Assembly (NCBI GenBank): GCA_046048135.1
Contig: JBJOGR010000050.1
Span: 4,180 to 68,179, forward strand
Source of the DNA: Actinomycetota bacterium
GTDB taxonomy: Bacteria > Actinomycetota > Actinomycetes > S36-B12 > UBA5976
Length of the DNA: 64,000 bases
Reading direction: 5' to 3'
Of the stretch, positions 8,250 to 17,727 are shown piece after piece; the first letter of the stretch is position 1, and every line of letters starts with the position of its first letter. The notes below the pieces were generated by a model. That model did not search any database, was not told the DNA's origin, and saw only the letters and a list, made by a program, of their open reading frames with translations. A program made the translations under genes and the position numbers.

Positions 8250-9797
8250 TTGGAGTCAAGACAGCATCACATAAGTAACCTCAAAAATAAAAAATTTCAA
8301 GTTGCAATTGTTGGAGCTGGTATAAATGGAGCAGTCTCTGCAGCAGTTTTAGCAGCCGGGGGAGTAAAGGTCGCCTTGATTGATCGAGGTGATTTCGCTG
8401 GAGTCACAAGTCAAGAATCTTCCAATATGGTTTGGGGCGGAATTAAATATTTACAAACTTATGAAATACCTTTGGTTTGGAATTTATGTGGATCAAGAAA
8501 TCATTTGCTTGATGCATTTCCAAATCGAATTAAAGCAATTTCATTTCTTGCAGCGATTGGTCCAACGGCACCTTTTGGAAGATTTCTAGGAGCCTTAGGA
8601 ACAATTCTTTATTGGGCGTTGGGAAGATTCAAAACCAAACCTCCCAAAGTATATTCTCCAGAAGAAACATCTGAAGTTGAAAATCTAATTAATTCCAACG
8701 GTTTAAAAGGCGCAGTTCGATACGACGATGCTTTATTGATTGATAATGATGCACGTTTTGTTTGGGATTTTGTAAAAAATGCTAAAGAACATGGTGCTGC
8801 AGTTGCAAATTATGTATCAATGCTTGATGCCAAAAATGAAGAGGGATATTGGAAACTATTTTTGAAAGATGAATTATCAAGTGAAGAATTTCAATTAAAT
8901 GCAGATGTTGTTATCAATGCAGGTGGACCCTTTGGAAAGGATCTAACATCAAAGTTTCATGATCAAACTTTACATCAATTAGCTTTATCAAAAGGAATAC
9001 ATTTAGTTGTACCTAAATTAACTACAAATAATCGAGTATTAGCTTTTTTTGATGACAAAGGAAGATTGTTTTACGTTATACCTATGCAAGATAGAAGTGT
9101 AATTGGCACAACAGACACAAGAGTAGAAAATCCAATCAGTGAAGTTACTGATGAAGACAGAGATTTTGTTTTAGAACAAGCAAACTGTTGCTTAAATCTA
9201 GTTAAACCTTTAACTAAAGATGACATTATCTCGGAAAGATGTGGGGTAAGACCTCTGGTTGTTAAAGGGAAAAAAGATGTTTCAAAAATTGAATGGACAG
9301 CACTTTCAAGAAAACATGAAATCGAAGTAAATAAAAAAAGTAAAATTATTACAATTTTTGGCGGAAAATTAACAGATTGTGTAAATGTTGGTGAAGAAGT
9401 TGTTGATTATGTAAGAAAGCTTGGGATTTCAATACCTAAAGTTAAAAAATGGTATGGCGAAGATGATCAAAAAATATTTAATACATTCGAATCTGATTTT
9501 AAACAACTAATTGGGGTAACTGAAAACGATGTTGAAGTAATAGCTCCTGCAATTTGGAGAAGACATGGAAGTGAATCATTCAAAATATTAGAAATTATGA
9601 AACAAGATCCTCAAAATCGAGTTAGAATTTTTCCCGAACTAGATTTAACATTCGCCGAAGCTCTCTTTATTGCTCAAAATGAACTGGTTCAAAAGCCTGA
9701 GGATATTTGGAGGAGAAGAACTTCCATTGCGCTTTTGAGAACAAAAGAGGAATTGACACAGAACCCTTTAATTCAGCGAATAAATTCGTTAATTTAA
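8250..9797 (+). CDS. glpD: FAD-dependent glycerol-3-phosphate dehydrogenase (GlpD-type)
   Basis: The N-terminal FAD dinucleotide fold is VAIVGAGINGAVSAAVLAAGG..VALIDRGDFA. Its length (515 aa) and C-terminal alpha-helical domain are typical of GlpD. TTG start. Confidence 0.75.
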   Translation: MESRQHHISNLKNKKFQVAIVGAGINGAVSAAVLAAGGVKVALIDRGDFAGVTSQESSNMVWGGIKYLQTYEIPLVWNLCGSRNHLLDAFPNRIKAISFLAAIGPTAPFGRFLGALGTILYWALGRFKTKPPKVYSPEETSEVENLINSNGLKGAVRYDDALLIDNDARFVWDFVKNAKEHGAAVANYVSMLDAKNEEGYWKLFLKDELSSEEFQLNADVVINAGGPFGKDLTSKFHDQTLHQLALSKGIHLVVPKLTTNNRVLAFFDDKGRLFYVIPMQDRSVIGTTDTRVENPISEVTDEDRDFVLEQANCCLNLVKPLTKDDIISERCGVRPLVVKGKKDVSKIEWTALSRKHEIEVNKKSKIITIFGGKLTDCVNVGEEVVDYVRKLGISIPKVKKWYGEDDQKIFNTFESDFKQLIGVTENDVEVIAPAIWRRHGSESFKILEIMKQDPQNRVRIFPELDLTFAEALFIAQNELVQKPEDIWRRRTSIALLRTKEELTQNPLIQRINSLI

Positions 9798-9844
9798 GTA
9801 TTGGGTATAAATTTCAAAGATAAAGAGCGTAGTCTTAGATAACT

Positions 9845-10237
9845 ATGACAAATATTGACTGGCAATTGTTAAGAAGCCAAGCAAAGATAGCCCAACAAAA
9901 TGCTTACGCAAACTACTCAAATTTTCCAGTTGGCGCAGCAGCCTTAGTTGACGACGGAAGAATTGTTACAGGATGCAATGTTGAAAATGCATCTTATGGT
10001 TTAACTCTTTGTGCTGAATGTGGTTTAGTTTCTCAACTTGCACTAACTGGTGGCGGAAGATTGATTGCTTTTTCGTGTGTCGGACCAGAGCCAGGAATTT
10101 TATTACCTTGTGGCAGATGTAGACAATTACTTCAAGAACATGGCGGCGGTGAGTTAATGATTGACCATAATGATGGACCAAAAAAATTGAGTGAATTATT
10201 ACCCGACGCATTTGATGGAAGTCATTTACACAAATAA
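9845..10237 (+). CDS. cdd: Cytidine deaminase
   Basis: 130 aa with zinc motifs CAECG and PCGRCRQ. Confidence 0.9.
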   Translation: MTNIDWQLLRSQAKIAQQNAYANYSNFPVGAAALVDDGRIVTGCNVENASYGLTLCAECGLVSQLALTGGGRLIAFSCVGPEPGILLPCGRCRQLLQEHGGGELMIDHNDGPKKLSELLPDAFDGSHLHK

Positions 10238-10980
10238 TGAAATCACCATTAGGAATAATTGCAGGAACTGGTTTTTATTCACTTTCTCCATTAGAAAATA
10301 GCGAAGTTAAAGTTATTGAAACTAAATATGGTTCTGCTCAAGTTACACATGGAACTTGGCATGGTCGCGAAACTTATTTTTTAACAAGACATGGAGTAAA
10401 ACATTCTGTTCCGCCACATAAAATAAATTACCGAGCAAATATTCAAGCATTGTTTGATTTGGGTGTAAAAGAAATCTTGGCAGTAAATGTTTGTGGCGGA
10501 CTTGATGAAAAAGTTCCGGTTGGTGGCTTTCAAGTTGTGAATGATTTTATTGATTTCACGAAAAATAGGATTTTAACATTTTATGATGGTGAAGATGGCG
10601 TTAATCACATAGATATGAATGAACCATACGATCAAGATTTGATAAAAGTCTTGTTACAAGCAGGAAGTAATTTAAATATAGAAATTTCTGATGGCGGTAT
10701 TTATGGTGGTTTTGAGGGACCAAGATTTGAAACAAAAGCAGAAATTCAAATGGCAAAACAATTTGGGGTGACCATGGTTGGAATGACAGGTGTACCTGAA
10801 GTCGTTTTAGCAGTAGAAAAAGGAATTAAATATGCTGCGATTTGTATAGTGGCAAATCCTGGTGCTGGTTTAAGTAACGAAATAATTACTATGGAAGATG
10901 TTCAAAAAGTTGTTTCGGATTCTGCAAAAACAGTTGTAAAGATTCTGGATGAAGCAGTAAAAATATTGGTAGAAAAGTAA
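10237..10980 (+). CDS. mtnP: MTAP-family nucleoside phosphorylase (5'-methylthioadenosine or 5'-methylthioinosine phosphorylase)
   Basis: Contains GIIAGTGFY, FLTRHG..H.VPPHKINYRANI and GPRFET.AE, as in MtnP/MTAP (PNP family 2). The start overlaps the cdd stop (TAATG). Confidence 0.8.
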   Translation: MKSPLGIIAGTGFYSLSPLENSEVKVIETKYGSAQVTHGTWHGRETYFLTRHGVKHSVPPHKINYRANIQALFDLGVKEILAVNVCGGLDEKVPVGGFQVVNDFIDFTKNRILTFYDGEDGVNHIDMNEPYDQDLIKVLLQAGSNLNIEISDGGIYGGFEGPRFETKAEIQMAKQFGVTMVGMTGVPEVVLAVEKGIKYAAICIVANPGAGLSNEIITMEDVQKVVSDSAKTVVKILDEAVKILVEK

Positions 10981-12288
10981 ATGAGTCAAAAAGTAGATTT
11001 AATCCTTCATAATATTCAAATAGCTTTAACCGTAAATAAAACTTCTGAAGTACTAAAAAATATAAGTATCATAATTAAAGGCAAAAAAATTGTTAACATT
11101 ATTTCATCTGATCAGACTCAATCATTTGAATCTGAAAAAATTATTGATTGTTCAAATCATTTAGTAATGCCCGGTTTAATCAATACCCACACGCATACCC
11201 CAATGACTCTTTTACGAGGAATTGCAGAAGATGTTGATTTGCAAGGATTCTTAGAAAAAGTTTGGGCTGAAGAAGCAAGAATTATGAATGAAAAGGGAAC
11301 TTATATTGGTGCAAAGTTAGGAGCTTTAGAAGCTTTGTTAGGCGGAACTACTTGCACTCTTGATATGTATTTACATCCCCATATGGCACACAAAGGTGCA
11401 GTAGAAGTTGGTTTAAGACATGCAATAGGCCCAGTATTTTTTGATTTTGAAGGCCCGGATGGATTGAATTGGGATAAAAGAATTGAGTATCTACAAAATT
11501 GGAAAAAAGTAATTGACGAAATTGGTGGAGAATATATTCCTTTAGTTGCTCAACCACATTCCACTTATACGGTCTCTCCAGAAAATTTAGAGCAAGTGGC
11601 CAAAATTTCGAAAGAAATAGGTGCCATTTTTAACACTCATATTTCTGAAAATCAAAAAGAAAACGATGATGTATTTAGTAAATATCAAAAAACTCCTACA
11701 AAAGTTCTTGAAGATATTAAAGCCTTAGATAATGCCGTTTTTGCTCACGCAGTAAAAATAAATGACGAAGATAGAGAAATAATTGCAAAAAATAAAGTTA
11801 GTTTATGTCATTGTCCTGGTTCAAATTCAAAACTAGCTAGCGGAGCATTTGATTGGAAGAAAGCCAAAGAAAAAGGTATTAATGTTTCACTTGGAACAGA
11901 TGGTTGTTCGTCTAGTAATGATTTAGATATGTTTAATGTAATGAGACAAGCTGCAAATTTAGCAAAACTAATAAATGAGGATCCGGCTGCAATATCTGTT
12001 TCTGAAGTAGTACGAGCAGCAACTATAAATGGAGCAAAAACTTTAGGTTTAGAAGATCGAATTGGAAGTATTGAAGTTGGCAAAGAAGCAGATTTAATTG
12101 TTTTGGATTTGAATCAGCCCCATTTGGTTCCAATAGGAGATCCCCATGCCTTAATTGTTTATGCAGCAGGAAGATCCGATGTGGTTCATGTTTTGGTTGC
12201 AGGAGATCCTGTAATAATTGATAGGTTACCAACCAAAGTTGATAAAGATTACATCTTGACTGAAGCAAGAAATCATATTGCTAAATGA
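10981..12288 (+). CDS. mtaD: Amidohydrolase-superfamily nucleoside deaminase (MtaD/DadD-like; MTA, SAH or 5'-deoxyadenosine deaminase)
   Basis: Carries the PGLINTHTHTPMTLLRG metal-binding HxH motif, plus H..E (THISEN) and a late GTDG...D. The start immediately follows the upstream stop. Confidence 0.7.
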   Translation: MSQKVDLILHNIQIALTVNKTSEVLKNISIIIKGKKIVNIISSDQTQSFESEKIIDCSNHLVMPGLINTHTHTPMTLLRGIAEDVDLQGFLEKVWAEEARIMNEKGTYIGAKLGALEALLGGTTCTLDMYLHPHMAHKGAVEVGLRHAIGPVFFDFEGPDGLNWDKRIEYLQNWKKVIDEIGGEYIPLVAQPHSTYTVSPENLEQVAKISKEIGAIFNTHISENQKENDDVFSKYQKTPTKVLEDIKALDNAVFAHAVKINDEDREIIAKNKVSLCHCPGSNSKLASGAFDWKKAKEKGINVSLGTDGCSSSNDLDMFNVMRQAANLAKLINEDPAAISVSEVVRAATINGAKTLGLEDRIGSIEVGKEADLIVLDLNQPHLVPIGDPHALIVYAAGRSDVVHVLVAGDPVIIDRLPTKVDKDYILTEARNHIAK

Positions 12289-13037
12289 AAAAGTTTCATA
12301 ACAAAACAGCACTTGTCACAGGCGCAACATCTGGTTTAGGTAAAGAAATCTGCCAAAATTTAGCAGAAAATGGGGCAAATATTGTTATTCATTTTAATAA
12401 AAATAAAAAAGAGGCAGAAATTTTAGCTAACGAAGTTAACTCATTTGGTGTTGAATCATTTTTAATCCAAGAAAATTTTTCTCACGGTGATCTAGATGAA
12501 GTTTGTTCAAAATTTATTCAGAATATAACATCTGATTTTAAATCTATTGACTATTTAGTTAATAATGCTGCCGATCAATCTCTAGATCCAACCGATCCGA
12601 TGGATGAAACAATATTGAATTCCATCATGATGACAAATGTTTTTGCTCCGCAAGCATTAGTTAAAGCTTGCTTAAATCAATTTCAAGAAAATTCTGCAAT
12701 TGTGAATATTACTTCTATTGAAGCTAATTTCCCTTTCCCAAATCATTCACTTTATGCTGCGAGTAAAGCAGCGCTTACTCGTTACACAGAACTTGCATCA
12801 ATTGAATTAGCAGAAAGAAAAGTAAGGTGCAATGCTGTTGCACCAGGTCTTATTTATAGAGAAGGTTTAGAAAAATCTTGGCCAGAAGGTTTTAAGAATT
12901 GGGTTGAGAAAGCACCATTAAAGAGACCTGTGACAGCCAGTGAAGTTGCAAAAACTGTGACATTTCTTTTGAGTGATGATGCATCAGGCATAACAGGAGT
13001 TTCTGTTACCGTTGACGGTGGTTGGAGTGTGGCATGA
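12285..13037 (+). CDS. Short-chain dehydrogenase/reductase (SDR), substrate unknown
   Basis: Has the TGATSGLGKE cofactor motif, NNAA, and the YAASKAA catalytic YxxxK. It has ATGA overlaps with both neighbours. Confidence 0.85.
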   Translation: MKKFHNKTALVTGATSGLGKEICQNLAENGANIVIHFNKNKKEAEILANEVNSFGVESFLIQENFSHGDLDEVCSKFIQNITSDFKSIDYLVNNAADQSLDPTDPMDETILNSIMMTNVFAPQALVKACLNQFQENSAIVNITSIEANFPFPNHSLYAASKAALTRYTELASIELAERKVRCNAVAPGLIYREGLEKSWPEGFKNWVEKAPLKRPVTASEVAKTVTFLLSDDASGITGVSVTVDGGWSVA

Positions 13038-14302
13038 ATTTTCAAGATCTGATTTACATCAAACGTGATGGTGGCATTTTAAACGAAGAACAAATTAGAT
13101 GGTTTATTGAAAAATTTACAAAAGATGAAATTCCAAATGAACAAGCAGGTTCTTTTTTGATGGCGGTGTTTTTTAGAGGGTTAAATAAGGAAGAATTAAA
13201 CGTTTGGACAGATGCCATGATAAAAAGTGGAGAAAAATTAGATTTATCTTCTGTTGGAAAACCAACTGTAGATAAACATTCCACAGGGGGAGTGGGAGAC
13301 AAAATTTCGCTTCCGCTTTGTCCACTCGTTGCATCTTTTGGTGCAGCTGTTCCGCAATTATCTGGAAGAGGTTTAGGGATATCTGGTGGAACTTTAGACA
13401 AAATGGAATCAGTTTCTGGATTTAACATTTCATTGTCAAATGATCAAATGATTAAACAGTTACAAAATGTTGGTGTATTCATAACTGCAGCAGGAGTTGG
13501 TTTAGCGCCTGCTGATAGAAAAATGTATTCCTTTAGAGATGTAATAGGAACTGTTGAATGCATACCATTAATCGCATCTTCTATTATGAGTAAAAAAATT
13601 GCTGAAGGCACCCAAAGTTTAGTTTTAGATGTAAAAGCAGGACGCGGCGCATTCATGAAAGATGTAGCTAAGGCAAAGCAACTTGCAGAAACAATGGTTG
13701 AAATTGGAAATAACGCTGGTGTGAAAACCGTTGCATTAATTACTCAGATGGAAACTCCACTCGGAAATGCAGTGGGAAATGCCTTAGAAGTACGTGAATC
13801 GATTGATATTTTAAATGGAAAAGGTCCAAGTGATGTTATCGAAATTACTTTGGCTTTGGCTAAAGAAATGTTAACTCTTGCAGGAATTGATAAAGATCCT
13901 GCTGATGGATTAAAAAATGGATCTGCGATGACGGTTTGGAAAAATATGATTAAAGCGCAAGGTGGAAATCCTGATGCAGAAATACCTGTGGCTAAGAAAA
14001 AAGAATTTATCTTGGCAGAAAAAAATGGTTACATCACAGATTTAAATGCATATCCAATTGGATTGGCTGCTTGGAGATTAGGAGCAGGAAGAACTAAAAA
14101 AGAAGACTCTGTTTCTAAAACTGCTGGGATTATGTGTTTGGCAAAAGAAGGAGACTACGTTGAAAAAGATCAACCGGTCTTGGAATTACACATAGAAGAT
14201 GAGACTCGTATTAATTCTGCAAAAGAAGCTTTAATTAATGCCTTTGAAATAGGGGCTGAACCCAAAGAAAAAAGAAAAATCGTCATAGATCGTATCTCTT
14301 GA
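13034..14302 (+). CDS. deoA: Thymidine/pyrimidine-nucleoside phosphorylase
   Basis: Contains KHSTGGVGDK, SGRGLGISGGTLDK and a C-terminal alpha/beta domain. ATG 13034 (MNFQDLI...) forms an ATGA overlap with the SDR stop and is preferred over the ORF-track start at 13022. Confidence 0.9.
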   Translation: MNFQDLIYIKRDGGILNEEQIRWFIEKFTKDEIPNEQAGSFLMAVFFRGLNKEELNVWTDAMIKSGEKLDLSSVGKPTVDKHSTGGVGDKISLPLCPLVASFGAAVPQLSGRGLGISGGTLDKMESVSGFNISLSNDQMIKQLQNVGVFITAAGVGLAPADRKMYSFRDVIGTVECIPLIASSIMSKKIAEGTQSLVLDVKAGRGAFMKDVAKAKQLAETMVEIGNNAGVKTVALITQMETPLGNAVGNALEVRESIDILNGKGPSDVIEITLALAKEMLTLAGIDKDPADGLKNGSAMTVWKNMIKAQGGNPDAEIPVAKKKEFILAEKNGYITDLNAYPIGLAAWRLGAGRTKKEDSVSKTAGIMCLAKEGDYVEKDQPVLELHIEDETRINSAKEALINAFEIGAEPKEKRKIVIDRIS

Positions 14303-14477
14303 AACTCTTGTTAACACTAGTAACATTTGTTTCATAACGCTTTTATCACGTAATTGAATTCACCTATATATATAGGAAAAAATTACCTTGCTTAGCGTAG
14401 TGTTTAAGCATCAGTCGTATTGTGCAACTGATTAAAAAAGTTCCCACAAGGAATGACAACAAAAGGAGCAATACTAA

Positions 14478-15548
14478 ATGCAACGTATGCGCACGTTGGC
14501 AGGAATTTCAATTCTTGCTTTAGTACTAGCAGCATGCAGCAGCGGAACATCAGATACAGCAGCAGAAGGTATGGAAGAAACCACTGCAGCAGTTGTTGAT
14601 GATTCAAACTGCGCGGCAGCTGAAAGTTTCTGTGTTGGTCTTGTAACTGACATTGGCAAGGTTGATGACAAGTCATTCAACCAATCTGCACATGAAGGTG
14701 CAATGGCAGCAGCAGCTGAAGTTGGCGGTTTCTATAAATATATTGAAACAACTGACACCAAAGACTATGCAGCAAACATGAAGCAATTCACCGATAAGTC
14801 TTACGACGTAATTGTTACAGTCGGATTCTTAATGGCTGAAGCAACAGTTACAGCAGCAAAAGAAAATCCAAACACTAAATTTATTGGTGTAGATCAATTC
14901 CAAGCTGAAGAAGTTGCAAACGTAACAGGTTTGATTTTCCCTGAAGATCAAGCAGGTTATGCAGCAGGTTACTTAGCTGGTTTACTAACCAAAACAAATA
15001 AACTTGGTCAAGTTCTAGGTCTAGAAATTGCACCAGTTCAAAAATTTGCTAAAGGTTTCGAAGCAGGAGCAAAAGCAGCTAACGCAAATGTAAGTGTTAC
15101 AACTGTTTATCATCCACCTGCAGATAATGGTTTCGCTGATCCAGTTTGGGGTGCAGCAGAAGCTAAGAAGCAATTGTCACAAGGTGCCGACATTATTTTC
15201 GGTGCTGGTGGTGGAACCGGTAACGGTGCACTAATTGAAATTGCTAAAGCTGAAGGTGCAGGAACTTCAATCTTTTGTATCGGTGTTGACACTGATCAAT
15301 GGGGAACAGTTCCAGAAGCACAACCATGCTTAGTTACATCAGCAATGAAAGGTCTAACAGAAGGAACTTCAGACCTAGTAAAAGCTGTATTTGATGGAAG
15401 CATCCAAGGTGGAAACTTCTTAGGAACCACCGGTTTAGCTGATTACCATGATTTAGCATCAGCAGTTCCTGCAGATGTTCAATCAAAGGTTGCTGAAGTT
15501 GTAGCTGGACTAAAAGACGGCTCAATTCAAACTGGTGTGACTCTCTAG
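14478..15548 (+). CDS. BMP-family (PnrA/Med-like) nucleoside ABC transporter substrate-binding lipoprotein
   Basis: Has a lipobox LAAC-SS and a strong SD (AAAGGAG). GLVTDIGKVDDKSFNQSAHEG is the typical opening of BMP/PnrA purine-nucleoside binding proteins. Confidence 0.9.
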   Translation: MQRMRTLAGISILALVLAACSSGTSDTAAEGMEETTAAVVDDSNCAAAESFCVGLVTDIGKVDDKSFNQSAHEGAMAAAAEVGGFYKYIETTDTKDYAANMKQFTDKSYDVIVTVGFLMAEATVTAAKENPNTKFIGVDQFQAEEVANVTGLIFPEDQAGYAAGYLAGLLTKTNKLGQVLGLEIAPVQKFAKGFEAGAKAANANVSVTTVYHPPADNGFADPVWGAAEAKKQLSQGADIIFGAGGGTGNGALIEIAKAEGAGTSIFCIGVDTDQWGTVPEAQPCLVTSAMKGLTEGTSDLVKAVFDGSIQGGNFLGTTGLADYHDLASAVPADVQSKVAEVVAGLKDGSIQTGVTL

Positions 15549-15578
15549 TCAAAACAGTTAATTAGCGACAGAATGTAA

Positions 15579-15613
15579 GTGGGGCGCAAGTTTTCCTTGC
15601 GTCCCACTTTCTT
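15579..15613 (+). terminator. Intrinsic terminator/attenuator hairpin between the binding-protein gene and the permease genes
   Basis: GTGGGGCGCAAG-ttttc-CTTGCGTCCCAC forms 12 bp with one G.U pair. It is followed by TTTCTT. Confidence 0.7.
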
Positions 15614-15634
15614 AAATTAAGAACGGAAAAATAA

Positions 15635-16729
15635 TTGAGTCTGGAACAACAAGAAAAAAAATCTGAAAAGTTTGGCTTTTTTGTTAAAAATCAATCAATA
15701 GTTGTTCCAATAGTTGCATTAATTGTTGCTTTCTTATTGGGCGCAATTTTAATTGCATTTCAAGGCGTTAATCCAATAACTGCGTACAAATCAATTTTTT
15801 CAGAAGCCTGGTTTGATTCCGATGGTTTATTAAGAACCTTTCAAAAAACTACTCCATTAGTTTTAGCAGGTTTAGCAGTTACAGTTGCATTAAGAATTGG
15901 ATTATTTAATATTGGTGCGCAAGGACAATTAATTTCTGCAGCTCTTGCTGCAGCTCTTGCAGGAATATATTTTTCAAATTTGCCAGCGATATTGCATGTT
16001 TTTGTTTCACTTTTAAGCGGAGTAATAGTTGGAGCGCTATGGGCCGCTATAGCTGGTGTTTTAAAAGCTTATCGAGGAGTACATGAAGTTATTTCAACAA
16101 TTATGTTAAATAGCATTGCAATTGGAATTTTGGATTATTTGGTAAGTAATCCATTTAAAGAACCAGATCAAGCTTTACAAAGAACTAAAAAAATTGCAGA
16201 AACTGCGATGCTTCCAAATTTAGGTTTTATTCCATTAGGATTTATATTTGCAATAATTGTGACACTTTTTATTTCGTGGATTTTAAATAAAACTACCGCT
16301 GGTTTTAGATTTAATACAGTTGGAAAAAATAAGTTTGCTGCAGCTTATGCAGGAATTAACATGAAATTAATGATCGTAACTGGAATGCTTTTAAGTGGAG
16401 GATTAGCTGGTTTAGGTGGAGCAATTGAAACTCTAGGAATAACTTACAGATTTGAACCAGCATTTAATGCAGGACTTGGTTTTGATGGCATAACTATTGC
16501 ACTACTTGCAAGAGCAAATCCACTAGCAACAATTCCTGCAGCTATTTTAGTTGGAACTTTAAGAGCAGGTGCTGCATCATTGCAATTTGAAACTGGAATT
16601 GAACCTGAAATTGTAGATGTTTTGTTAGCAATAACTTTACTACTTGTTTCAGCTCCAATTTTGGCAAAATTCTTATTCAAAAATAAAGCTCAAAAGAATG
16701 CAAACGTTACAAGTGGATGGGGAAGCTAA
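15635..16729 (+). CDS. Nucleoside/sugar ABC transporter permease (first of two)
   Basis: 364 aa, polytopic, in a BMP-type ABC operon context. TTG start. Confidence 0.85.
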   Translation: MSLEQQEKKSEKFGFFVKNQSIVVPIVALIVAFLLGAILIAFQGVNPITAYKSIFSEAWFDSDGLLRTFQKTTPLVLAGLAVTVALRIGLFNIGAQGQLISAALAAALAGIYFSNLPAILHVFVSLLSGVIVGALWAAIAGVLKAYRGVHEVISTIMLNSIAIGILDYLVSNPFKEPDQALQRTKKIAETAMLPNLGFIPLGFIFAIIVTLFISWILNKTTAGFRFNTVGKNKFAAAYAGINMKLMIVTGMLLSGGLAGLGGAIETLGITYRFEPAFNAGLGFDGITIALLARANPLATIPAAILVGTLRAGAASLQFETGIEPEIVDVLLAITLLLVSAPILAKFLFKNKAQKNANVTSGWGS

Positions 16730-16731
16730 TA

Positions 16732-17721
16732 ATGGATTTTATTAGAGAAAATAAAAAACCAATTATCACTTTAATTTTAGTTGCATTTATTGCCTATACA
16801 TTTTATTTTCTAGATGAAATAAAAACTACTTCTGTTTTAGTTTTTGGATGGGGATATGCAGTTCCGTTAGTTCTAGCAGCAATGGTTGGAATTATTGGTG
16901 AAAGAACAGGGGTTGTAAATATTGGTATTGAAGGTCAAATGTTAATGGCGGCATTTGCCAGTTTCTTCGGTTCAGTATTCACAGGAAATCTTTATTTAGG
17001 AATTTTAATTGGAATTTCTGCAGGTTTATTAATGGGTGCATTTTTAGCTGTAGCAGCAGTCAAATGGGAAATGGATCAGATAATTGCTGGAGTGGTAATA
17101 AATATTGTTGCGGCAGGTTTGACTTCATTTTTCTATGCTCAAGGAAAAACTTTGCCAGAATTAATGCCTGTTGTTTCAATTCCATTATTAAGTCAAATTC
17201 CATTAATAGGACCAGTATTTTTTAGAAATGGTTTGTTTGCACTATCTACTCTTTTTATAGTTGCCGCTGTTTACTATGGATTATTTAAAACTAGATGGGG
17301 CTTACGCAGTAGAGCAGTAGGTGAATATCCAAGTGCAGCAGATGCTGCAGGAATAAATGTGACAAGAATCAGAATGTTAAATGTAACTTTTGCAGGAGCA
17401 TTAGCAGGTTGTGCAGGAGCTTTTTTAGCATTAGAAGCTGCTGGAACTTTTGCTAGAGGAATTACCGCCGGTAGAGGATTCTTAGCGTTAGCAATCATGA
17501 TCTTTGGAGCTTGGAATCCACTAGGAGCACTTGCTGCTGCCTTATTCTTTGGTTTATCAACAGCAATTGCAAGTCAACTACAAGCAGATGAAGTAATAAA
17601 TATTCCACAACAATTTGTTAACTTACTTCCATTTGTTATGACTTTATTTGTATTAGCTATTGCAGTAGGAAGAGTAAGACCTCCAGCAGCTGCGGGTCAG
17701 CCTTATACAAAGGAAGGCTAA
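16732..17721 (+). CDS. Nucleoside/sugar ABC transporter permease (second of two)
   Basis: Polytopic membrane protein. ATG 16732 follows the upstream stop (16727-16729), whereas the ORF-track start at 16717 would overlap it. Confidence 0.85.
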   Translation: MDFIRENKKPIITLILVAFIAYTFYFLDEIKTTSVLVFGWGYAVPLVLAAMVGIIGERTGVVNIGIEGQMLMAAFASFFGSVFTGNLYLGILIGISAGLLMGAFLAVAAVKWEMDQIIAGVVINIVAAGLTSFFYAQGKTLPELMPVVSIPLLSQIPLIGPVFFRNGLFALSTLFIVAAVYYGLFKTRWGLRSRAVGEYPSAADAAGINVTRIRMLNVTFAGALAGCAGAFLALEAAGTFARGITAGRGFLALAIMIFGAWNPLGALAAALFFGLSTAIASQLQADEVINIPQQFVNLLPFVMTLFVLAIAVGRVRPPAAAGQPYTKEG

Positions 17722-17727
17722 GTTAAA

